A DNA stretch of 34,179 bases. Source: Candidatus Methylomirabilis sp. Lineage in GTDB: Bacteria > Methylomirabilota > Methylomirabilia > Methylomirabilales > CSP1-5. Shown here piece after piece: positions 1 through 6,698 of this stretch. A program made the position numbers and the translations under genes. Position 1 is the first letter of the stretch, and every line of letters starts with the position of its first letter. The stretch covers positions 1 to 34,179 of the forward strand of contig DASRUH010000175.1 of assembly GCA_035655535.1 (NCBI GenBank), in the 5' to 3' direction. The notes beneath the pieces were generated by a model. It was given only the letters and a program-made list of their open reading frames with translations, made no database searches and was not told the DNA's origin.

Positions 1-231
1 GGAAACCGAGGCGCGATCCATGCCCATGTCCTGTGCACGGATTGTGAACACGGGGGGACCCAGGCCGTAAGCCGTCGCGCAGGGTCGCCGCGGGAGCCCC
101 GGAGCGAGGGGCCAAGGGTGGTGGTGCCGTAGAACCGGCAGCCCATGGCATTTCCTGCCGACGAAGGATACCCGCCCGATCCTGTGAGGACGCCCATGAC
201 AGGACCCGCTGGCAGGTATTTTTCACTGCGG

Positions 232-591
232 TCAGACGCCCGCCGCTGCCTTGGCCACGGCCGCTAACTGGCCGAAGGCGGCCGCATCCTTCACGGCGAT
301 ATCGGCCAGCACCTTGCGGTCGAGGACCACCCCACCCTTTCGCAGCCCGCCGATCAACTTGCTGTACGACAGACCGTGCAGGCGTGCCGCCGCGCCGATC
401 CGGTTCACCCACAACCGGCGGAACTCCCGCTTGCGCACCCGGCGATCGCGGAAGGCGTACTTGAGCGACCGGTCCACCGCCTCCTGGGCGATGCGAAAGT
501 TGGACTTGCGCTTCCCCCAGAATCCTTCCGCCTGTTTGAGGACCCGGTTCCGCCGACGCCGGGTGACGTATCCGCCCTTCACCCTCGCCAT
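232..591 (-). CDS. rplT: 50S ribosomal protein L20
   Basis: The 119-aa ORF begins [26 protein letters not shown] and continues ...[14 protein letters not shown], a typical L20 sequence. It is the last gene of an infC-rpmI-rplT arrangement. Confidence 0.97.
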   Translation of the reverse strand: MARVKGGYVTRRRRNRVLKQAEGFWGKRKSNFRIAQEAVDRSLKYAFRDRRVRKREFRRLWVNRIGAAARLHGLSYSKLIGGLRKGGVVLDRKVLADIAVKDAAAFGQLAAVAKAAAGV

Positions 592-625
592 CGTCCCCTC
601 TCCTTTTCCCGCTGGAGCGCCAACC

Positions 626-823
626 TTACAGGTACGGGATCAGCCGGCGGACCCGCTTGACGTTCGTCGCATGTATGAGATCACCGCGTCGAAGCCGCCG
701 ACGACGCTCCCCCCCCTTGCCGGTCAGCAGGTGGCTCTTGCCGGCTCTCCGCCGCCGGACCTTGCCCGTCCCTGTTACCTTGAGGCGCTTCGCCGCACCC
801 CGGTGCGTCTTGAGCTTGGGCAT
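626..823 (-). CDS. rpmI: 50S ribosomal protein L35
   Basis: The 65-aa ORF begins [31 protein letters not shown]. An AAGGAGAGAC Shine-Dalgarno lies just upstream. It sits between infC and rplT. Confidence 0.95.
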   Translation of the reverse strand: MPKLKTHRGAAKRLKVTGTGKVRRRRAGKSHLLTGKGGERRRRLRRGDLIHATNVKRVRRLIPYL

Positions 824-891
824 GTCTCTCCTTGACTGGCCGCCGACGGTTCGGCCCGCTCACCGCAAGCCGACGACCGATGACCGCCTGG

Positions 892-1479
892 CTATGGTTT
901 GTCCTTGTCCTTCGCCGTGTCCTTGACAGCAGCCGGCTCCGGGCTTGGCTTGGCTGACGCCGGCTTCAGATCCGGCCTCGGACCCATGACCATGGTCATG
1001 TTACGCCCCTCGAGCCGCGGAGGCTGTTCCACCTGCCCGAGGTCCTTCAGGGCCTCCGACAGCCGGTCCAAGTGCCGCTTGCCGAGCTCGGTGTGGACCA
1101 TTTCCCGGCCCCGGAACATCATGGTGACCTTGACCTTGTGCCCGGCCCGGAGGAACCGGTCCACGTGCCGCGCCTTGAACTGGAAATCGTGCTCGTCGGT
1201 CTTGGGGCGCAGCTTGATCTCCTTGAGCTGAACGATCGTCTGCTTCTTCTTCGCCTCCCGCGCCTTCTTCGCCTGCTCGTACCGAAACTTGCCGTAGTCC
1301 AAGATCCGGCAGACCGGCGGCTTGGCCAGCGGGGCGACTTCAACGAGATCCAACCCCAAGCTCCGGGCCTTCGCCAGGGCCTCCTCCGGCGTCAGAATCC
1401 CCAGCTGGACCCCGTCGGCGTCGATCACCCGGATCTCCCGGACTCGGATTCGTTCGTTGATTCTCAGTCCTCTTTCGAT
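892..1479 (-). CDS. infC: translation initiation factor IF-3; likely non-AUG (AUC) start
   Basis: The track ORF starts at a GTG (1428), but the frame stays open upstream back to a TGA at 1486-1488. That extension encodes IERGLRINERIRVREIRVIDADG, which matches the conserved IF-3 N-terminus. An ATC codon at 1479-1477 lies 9 nt downstream of GGAGG (1493-1489). The exact start is uncertain. Confidence 0.85.
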   Translation of the reverse strand: MERGLRINERIRVREIRVIDADGVQLGILTPEEALAKARSLGLDLVEVAPLAKPPVCRILDYGKFRYEQAKKAREAKKKQTIVQLKEIKLRPKTDEHDFQFKARHVDRFLRAGHKVKVTMMFRGREMVHTELGKRHLDRLSEALKDLGQVEQPPRLEGRNMTMVMGPRPDLKPASAKPSPEPAAVKDTAKDKDKP

Positions 1480-1493
1480 CCCGACTCACCTCC

Positions 1494-3494
1494 TCACAGT
1501 GCGGGTCCAGTCACGGGGGGATGGAGCGCCTCACGAACCTCCTCGAGGAGTGTCTCGAGCGGCATGGCTCCCCGATCGCGACGACCCCGCTCTCGGACGG
1601 AGACCAACCCGGCCTCCATTTCCCGGTCCCCCACCACGAGGAGGACCGGCACCTTGGCCACCTCCCCCTCGCGGATCCGGAACCCCACCTTTTCGTTCCG
1701 ACCATCGACCGTGACGCGCACCCCGGCCGCAGCTAGGCGCTTGGCCACCTGCTCTGCATACGGCGCGTGCCGCTCGGCGACCGGCAGGACTGTCGCCTGC
1801 ACCGGAGCCAGCCAGAGGGGAAAGGCCCCCCCGTAGTGCTCGATCAGGATGCCGAAGAACCGCTCGAGCGAGCCGAGGAGGGCCCGGTGCACCATCAGGG
1901 GCCGATGCGTTTTGCCGTCCTCGCCCACGTAGCCCAGGTCGAACCGTTCCGGCATGTTGAAGTCGACCTGGATCGTGGCACACTGCCACCGCCGCCCTAG
2001 GACGTCGACGAGAGAGACGTCGATCTTCGGACCGTAAAAGGCCGCTTCCCCCGTGACCCGGTCGAACGCCATCCCGCTCTTCTCGAGCACCGCCGCGAGC
2101 GCCGCCTCCACCCGCTGCCAGTCGGCCGGGCTCCCCGCGTACTTGTCCATGTGCTTCGGATCGCTCACCGACAGGACCAGGTGATACTCGCTGAATCCGA
2201 AGGCGCCCAGCATGCCGAGGGCCAGTGCCAGCACGTCGGCCACCTCGCCCTCGAGCTGCTCGGGCCGGCAGAAGATGTGCGCGTCATCCTGCGTGAAGCC
2301 CCGGACCCGGAGCAGCCCGTGCAGCACCCCCGACCGCTCGTAGCGGTAGACGGTCCCGAGTTCCCCCAGGCGCAGCGGCAGATCCCGGTAGCTCCGGGTC
2401 TGCGACCGGTACAGCAGGATATGAAAGGGGCAGTTCATCGGTCTAACCAGATAGTCCTGCCCCTCGACCTCGATCCCCGAGAACATGTTCTCGCGATACC
2501 ACTGCAGGTGCCCGCTCACGTTCCAGAGATGCGCCCGGGCCACATGCGGGGTGTAGACGAGCTGGTAGCCCTGCCGGCGGTGCTCCCGGCGCCAGAAGGT
2601 CTCGATCACCTCCCGGATGACCGCCCCCTTCGGATGCCACAGCACGAGGCCCGGGCCGATCTCCTCCTCGATGCTGAACAGTCCAAGCTCCCGGCCCAGG
2701 CGCCGGTGATCGCGCCGCTTCGCCTCTTCCAGCCGGGTGAGGTGTTGTTCGAGCGCCTCGGGCGTTGCAAAGGCGGTCCCGTAGATCCGGGTGAGCATGG
2801 GGTTCTGTTCCTTCCCCCGCCAGTAGGCGCCCGCCAGGTGCGTCAACTTGAAAGCCGTAAGATACGAGGTGTCGGGGACATGGGGTCCCCGACAGAGGTC
2901 GAGGAACGCGCCGGTCTCGTAGAAACTCACCATGCCACCCGGCTCGGCCTCTTCCTGCAGCTCCTCCACCGGCTCCGGCCGGGACGTGCCGGTGCGGCGG
3001 ATCGTCTCGAGGATCTCCACCTTGTAGGTCTGTCCCTTCTCCTTCATCAGCCTCAGCGCCTCCTCCACCGGCATCTCGAGCCGACGAAACGGTAGCCGTT
3101 CGGCCTGCAGTGTCCGCATCGTGGCCTCGATCACCGGGAGGTCCTCGGGCGTCAGGGGCCGCGGGAGGTCGATATCGTAGTAAAAGCCGTCTTCCACCGG
3201 GGGTCCGATGGCGAACTTGGCCCCGGGAAAGAGCTTCTGCACCGCCGCGGCCATGAGGTGCGCGGTGCTGTGGCGGAGGATCGTCAGCCCGTCCGGAGAG
3301 TCGACGAGGACGAGCTCGACCCGCGCTCCGGCGGGCGGGACCGCGGAGAGATCCACGATCTTCCCCTCGAGCCGCGCCGCCAGTACTCGTCCCGCCAGAT
3401 CCCCATCGACCGTCCGGAGGAGTGCCGCGAGAGGACGCCCCCCCTCAAGGCGCGCGACCCGCCCGCCGGGGAGGATCACTTCCACCTGTCCCAT
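1494..3494 (-). CDS. thrS: threonyl-tRNA synthetase
   Basis: The 666-aa ORF has a TGS-like N-terminus, a class II core and an anticodon-binding C-terminus. It sits in the classic position upstream of infC. Confidence 0.97.
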   Translation of the reverse strand: MGQVEVILPGGRVARLEGGRPLAALLRTVDGDLAGRVLAARLEGKIVDLSAVPPAGARVELVLVDSPDGLTILRHSTAHLMAAAVQKLFPGAKFAIGPPVEDGFYYDIDLPRPLTPEDLPVIEATMRTLQAERLPFRRLEMPVEEALRLMKEKGQTYKVEILETIRRTGTSRPEPVEELQEEAEPGGMVSFYETGAFLDLCRGPHVPDTSYLTAFKLTHLAGAYWRGKEQNPMLTRIYGTAFATPEALEQHLTRLEEAKRRDHRRLGRELGLFSIEEEIGPGLVLWHPKGAVIREVIETFWRREHRRQGYQLVYTPHVARAHLWNVSGHLQWYRENMFSGIEVEGQDYLVRPMNCPFHILLYRSQTRSYRDLPLRLGELGTVYRYERSGVLHGLLRVRGFTQDDAHIFCRPEQLEGEVADVLALALGMLGAFGFSEYHLVLSVSDPKHMDKYAGSPADWQRVEAALAAVLEKSGMAFDRVTGEAAFYGPKIDVSLVDVLGRRWQCATIQVDFNMPERFDLGYVGEDGKTHRPLMVHRALLGSLERFFGILIEHYGGAFPLWLAPVQATVLPVAERHAPYAEQVAKRLAAAGVRVTVDGRNEKVGFRIREGEVAKVPVLLVVGDREMEAGLVSVRERGRRDRGAMPLETLLEEVREALHPPVTGPAL

Positions 3495-3513
3495 CGCGTT
3501 TCTTCCCCCGATG

Positions 3514-3546
3514 CAATAAAAAAGGCATCACGGAGCCCTCCGTGAT
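3514..3546 (-). terminator. intrinsic terminator-like hairpin after tRNA-Val, ~20 nt upstream of the thrS start
   Basis: In minus sense the sequence is ATCACGGA-GGGC-TCCGTGAT, an 8-bp stem with a 4-nt loop (3527-3546). It is followed by GCCTTTTTTATT. Confidence 0.6.
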
Positions 3547-3589
3547 ACCTCTCTCGACATCATCCACAATGGACGCATGACGGCGGGGA

Positions 3590-3664
3590 TGGTAGGCACG
3601 GGCGGTCTTGAACCGCCGACCTCTTGCGTGTCAAGCAAGCGCTCTCCCCCTGAGCTACGTGCCT
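3590..3664 (-). tRNA. tRNA-Val (anticodon GAC), CCA encoded
   Basis: Hand-folded cloverleaf: acceptor AGGCACG/CGTGCCT, D arm GCTC..GAGC, anticodon stem CTTGC/GCAAG with loop TTGACAC, T arm GGCGG-TTCAAGA-CCGCC, then ACCA. Confidence 0.9.
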
Positions 3665-3767
3665 GCCGCGGTTCACCGCTGACGCCTGATGGTCGCCGAC
3701 ACGTGGGTGGTGCACCTCCGCACTCTTCAGTCTTGCCGCTATCGGTGAACCCTCCACAGGACCCGGA

Positions 3768-3854
3768 TGGTGCCGAGGGCGGGACTCGAACCCGCACGGA
3801 CCTAAGGCCCGAGGGATTTTAAGTCCCTTGCGTCTGCCATTCCGCCACCCCGGC
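3768..3854 (-). tRNA. tRNA-Leu (anticodon TAA), long variable arm, CCA encoded
   Basis: Acceptor GCCGGGG/CCTCGGC, anticodon stem AGGGA/TCCCT with loop CTTAAAA, long variable arm, T arm GCGGG-TTCGAGT-CCCGC, then ACCA. Confidence 0.9.
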
Positions 3855-3870
3855 CTTATACCATGATCCT

Positions 3871-3946
3871 TGGAGGCGGCGCCGGGACTCGAACCCGGGA
3901 ATAAAGGTTTTGCAGACCTCTGCCTTAGCCACTTGGCTACGCCGCC
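3871..3946 (-). tRNA. tRNA-Cys (anticodon GCA), CCA encoded
   Basis: Acceptor GGCGGCG/CGCCGCC, anticodon loop CTGCAAA, T arm CCGGG-TTCGAGT-CCCGG, discriminator U (typical of Cys), then CCA. Confidence 0.9.
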
Positions 3947-3958
3947 CCAGAGTTTTCA

Positions 3959-4033
3959 TGGAGCGGGAAACGGGATTTGAACCCGCGACCCTCGCCTTGG
4001 CAAGGCGATGCTCTACCACTGAGCTATTCCCGC
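3959..4033 (-). tRNA. tRNA-Gly (anticodon GCC), CCA encoded
   Basis: Acceptor GCGGGAA/TTCCCGC, D arm GCTC..GAGC, anticodon stem TCGCC/GGCGA with loop TTGCCAA, T arm GCGGG-TTCAAAT-CCCGT, then TCCA. Confidence 0.9.
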
Positions 4034-4051
4034 CTGAAGGAGCATCACAAG

Positions 4052-4075
4052 ACAAAAAGGGCCTGGAATCCAGGC
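4052..4075 (-). terminator. short GC hairpin plus T5 run between thrC and tRNA-Gly (possible thrC terminator)
   Basis: In minus sense the sequence is GCCTGG-ATT-CCAGGC followed by CCTTTTTGTC. The stem is only 6 bp, and the element sits ~20 nt upstream of the mature tRNA-Gly 5' end, so its role is ambiguous. Confidence 0.35.
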
Positions 4076-4082
4076 GATTCAT

Positions 4083-4112
4083 ACAATACCGTCGGCCCCC
4101 CCGTAGAGTCAA
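4083..4112 (-). promoter_or_regulatory. candidate sigma70-type promoter for the tRNA cluster
   Basis: In minus sense: TTGACT (4112-4107), an 18-nt spacer, then TATTGT (4088-4083). This is a pattern match only. Confidence 0.3.
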
Positions 4113-4221
4113 GCCCTTTCTCGGCTTTTGGGCCCTATCTCCGCGCCCGGATCGGCACCGGCCGGGGCGGATACCGGCATCGCCGCCATGGGGGCTCGCC
4201 GGACGGCCCCCCCGAAGCCTG

Positions 4222-5277
4222 TCACCCGAGGCCGATGGCCGCCAGCACCGCGTCGAGAGTCGCCGCAATGGGCCGAAGCTGGGGTGCAAAGGTGAGCGCC
4301 GTCTCCGGGTCCTTCAGGCCATGGCCGGTGAGCACGCAGACGACGCGGGCGCCAGGGGGGAGCTTCCCCGCCCGGGAGGCCTTCACGAGACCGGCAACCG
4401 CGGCCGCCGAGGCCGGCTCGCAATAAATCCCTTCGAGCAGAGCGACCTGCCGGTAGGCTTCCAAGATCTCGGCGTCCGTCACCATCCCCACCTCGCCGCG
4501 GGACTCCTCGATCGCCGTGAGCGCCATCTTCCAGTTGGCCGGATTGCCGATCCGGATGGCCGATGCCACCGTCTCCGGACGTCTCACCACTTCGCCCCGG
4601 ACCAAGGGGGCGGCCCCCTCCGCCTGCCACCCGAGCAGCCGGGGAACCGTGCCGATCGCCCCGGCCTCGCGGTACTCGCGAAATCCCTTCCAGTAGGCGC
4701 TGATGTTCCCCGCATTGCCCACCGGCAGGCAGACGACGTCCGGGGCCTCGCCGAGCTGCTCACACACTTCAAAGGCGGCCGTCTTCTGGCCCTCGAGGCG
4801 AAACGGATTGACCGAATTCACCAACGCCACGGGAAACCGGGCCGCCACGCTCCTCACAATCTCGAGGGCGTCGTCGAAGTTGCCCTCCAGCTGGACCACC
4901 GTCGCCCCGTGCATGATGGCCTGAGACAGCTTCCCCAGGGCGACGGACCCCTTGGGAACCACCACGATGGCGCGACACCCGGCACGGGCGGCATAGGCGG
5001 CGGTGGAAGCGGAGGTGTTCCCGGTCGAGGCACAGATGACGGCGGTGCCCCCCGCCTCCACGGCCTTGCTGAGCGCAAGCGCCATGCCCCGGTCTTTGAA
5101 GGAGCCGGTGGGATTGAGCCCCTCGTACTTCAGGAAGACTTCTCCCCGGAGACCGAGGGCCTGCGCGAGACGCTCCGCCCGGATCAGGGGCGTATTTCCC
5201 TCGTGCAGGGTGATCACGGGTGTCCGGTCCGTCACCGGTAAGAATTTCCGATAGTGATGGATAACGCCGCGCCACAT
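4222..5277 (-). CDS. thrC: threonine synthase
   Basis: The protein carries the PLP-lysine motif NPTGSFKDRG. The N-terminus MWRGVIHHYRKFLPV is typical of ThrC. The track start at 5307 is a TTG inside a tandem repeat, so I prefer the ATG at 5277. Confidence 0.93.
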   Translation of the reverse strand: MWRGVIHHYRKFLPVTDRTPVITLHEGNTPLIRAERLAQALGLRGEVFLKYEGLNPTGSFKDRGMALALSKAVEAGGTAVICASTGNTSASTAAYAARAGCRAIVVVPKGSVALGKLSQAIMHGATVVQLEGNFDDALEIVRSVAARFPVALVNSVNPFRLEGQKTAAFEVCEQLGEAPDVVCLPVGNAGNISAYWKGFREYREAGAIGTVPRLLGWQAEGAAPLVRGEVVRRPETVASAIRIGNPANWKMALTAIEESRGEVGMVTDAEILEAYRQVALLEGIYCEPASAAAVAGLVKASRAGKLPPGARVVCVLTGHGLKDPETALTFAPQLRPIAATLDAVLAAIGLG

Positions 5278-5290
5278 GGGAGACACCGTG

Positions 5291-5387
5291 CAAGGTTCAA
5301 GGTTCAAGGTTCAAGGTTCAAAGTCCAAAACCAGGGACAGCATTCGCGTTCCAACGTTGAACGTTGGACGTCGCACGTCGAACGCCG
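5291..5387. repeat. two tandem heptamer arrays in the hom-thrC spacer
   Basis: Array A (plus sense) is CAAGGTT x4 followed by CAAAGTC and CAAAACC (5291-5332). Array B is GCGTTCC AACGTTG AACGTTG GACGTCG CACGTCG AACGCCG (5346-5387). The reverse complement of CAAGGTT matches AACGTTG at 6 of 7 positions. Confidence 0.9.
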
Positions 5388-6686
5388 TTAGGGTTCTTCG
5401 ACCCGAATGCAGACCGTCTTTTCGCCCACCACATCGAGGGCGTCGATGGCCGCGAGGGCCTTGCGCATCGCTCCCTCCACGGCCTCGTGGGTCATCATGA
5501 CCACCGGGACGCTCGCCCGGGCGTGCCGCCCCTTCTGGATCACCGACGCGATGGAGATGTCGTGATCGCCCAGGATGCCCGAAACCTTCGAGAGGACCCC
5601 CGGCTTGTCCACCGCCATGACCCGGAGGTAGTAGTAGGTGCGGATCGTCTCCATCGCCTTGAGGCGCAGGCCCTCGCCCGCGATCCCGGAGATGTGGGAC
5701 GGCCGCGACGGCCGCTGATACAGGATGTTCTGAGCGATCTCGATCACATCGCTCACCACGGCGCTCGCCGTCGGCATCTGCCCGGCCCCCTGGCCGTAGA
5801 ACATCAGCGAGCCGGTGGCGTTCCCCACGATGTAGACGGCGTTAAAAACCCCGCCCACCGACGCGACGAGATGCTCCTCGGGAACGAGGGTGGGATGGAC
5901 GCGCACCTCGACCTCCCCGTCCGTCTCCTTGGCGATGGCCAAAAGCTTTACCCGGTATCCCAACTCTTTCGCGTACTGGATGTCCGCGGGATCGATCCCG
6001 CGGATCCCCTCGATGTAGATCGCGTTGAAATCCACGAAGCCCCCGTACGCGATGGAGGCGAGGATCTGGAGCTTGTGCGCCGAATCGATGCCGTCGATGT
6101 CCAGGGAGGGATCCGCCTCGGCGTAGCCCTTCTCCTGCGCTTCCTTCAGGACCTCGCTGAACGGGGCCCCCATCTCCGTCATCTTGGTGAGGATGTAGTT
6201 GCAGGTCCCGTTCACGATCCCCTCAATGGACCGGATCCGGTTCGCCACGAGTCCCTCCCGGACGGCCCGGACGATGGGAATCCCGCCGCACACGCTGGCC
6301 TCGAATCCCAGATCGACGCGCTTCTCCGCGGCCGCCTTGAAGAGCTCGAGGCCGTGCGTGGCGAGGAGCGCTTTGTTGGCCGTGACCAAGTGCTTCCCAT
6401 TCCGGAGCGCGGCCAGGCTGACGTCCCGCGCCGCCTTGGTGCCGCCGATGAGCTCGATGACAATGTCGATGGCCGGGTCCTCGGTGACCTCACGGGCATC
6501 CGTGGTCAGGACCTTGGGATCCACCTCCACGTCGCGCGGCCGCGTGAGGTCAATGTCCGCGATCCGTTTGAGGCGCAGCCGCGCCGCCAGGCGCCGCTCG
6601 AGGAGGGGCGCCTGCTCCTTCAAGATCTTGACGACGCCCGTCCCGACCGTGCCGAATCCGACGAGACCGACGTTGATCGTCTTCAT
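5388..6686 (-). CDS. hom: homoserine dehydrogenase with C-terminal ACT domain
   Basis: The 432-aa ORF has the NAD-binding N-terminus VGLVGFGTVGTGV and an ACT-like C-terminus. It lies directly upstream of thrC. Confidence 0.95.
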   Translation of the reverse strand: MKTINVGLVGFGTVGTGVVKILKEQAPLLERRLAARLRLKRIADIDLTRPRDVEVDPKVLTTDAREVTEDPAIDIVIELIGGTKAARDVSLAALRNGKHLVTANKALLATHGLELFKAAAEKRVDLGFEASVCGGIPIVRAVREGLVANRIRSIEGIVNGTCNYILTKMTEMGAPFSEVLKEAQEKGYAEADPSLDIDGIDSAHKLQILASIAYGGFVDFNAIYIEGIRGIDPADIQYAKELGYRVKLLAIAKETDGEVEVRVHPTLVPEEHLVASVGGVFNAVYIVGNATGSLMFYGQGAGQMPTASAVVSDVIEIAQNILYQRPSRPSHISGIAGEGLRLKAMETIRTYYYLRVMAVDKPGVLSKVSGILGDHDISIASVIQKGRHARASVPVVMMTHEAVEGAMRKALAAIDALDVVGEKTVCIRVEEP

Positions 6687-6698
6687 GGCTCTCCCCGT

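Noticed and set aside
100-135. A T-box-like string AAGGGTGGTGGTGCCG on the plus strand, plus vague resemblances of 1-231 to RNase P (GGAGCGAGGGGCCAAG, AGAACCGGC) or to SRP RNA.
   Set aside because: The T-box-like motif has an insertion relative to the consensus GGGTGGTACCGCG, and it has no downstream plus-strand gene to regulate. The RNase P universal motifs (GAGGAAAGTCC, ACAGAACCCGGCTTA) and the SRP GGAA-tetraloop region are absent.
3528-4289. Minus-strand and plus-strand ORFs overlapping the tRNA cluster (3528-3797, 3560-3757, 3577-3822, 3819-4289, 3977-4426).
   Set aside because: They run straight through four well-folded tRNA genes and have no protein-like features.
5278-5307. N-terminal extensions of track ORFs: thrC to 5307, purC to 11018, truB to 18185, infB to 22352, rimP to 24932, DUF503 to 19808 and rplO to 33987.
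   Set aside because: The extensions start at GTG or TTG codons inside repeats, upstream genes or promoter-like sequence. They add residues absent from homolog N-termini. Internal ATG starts with SD sites give canonical N-termini.
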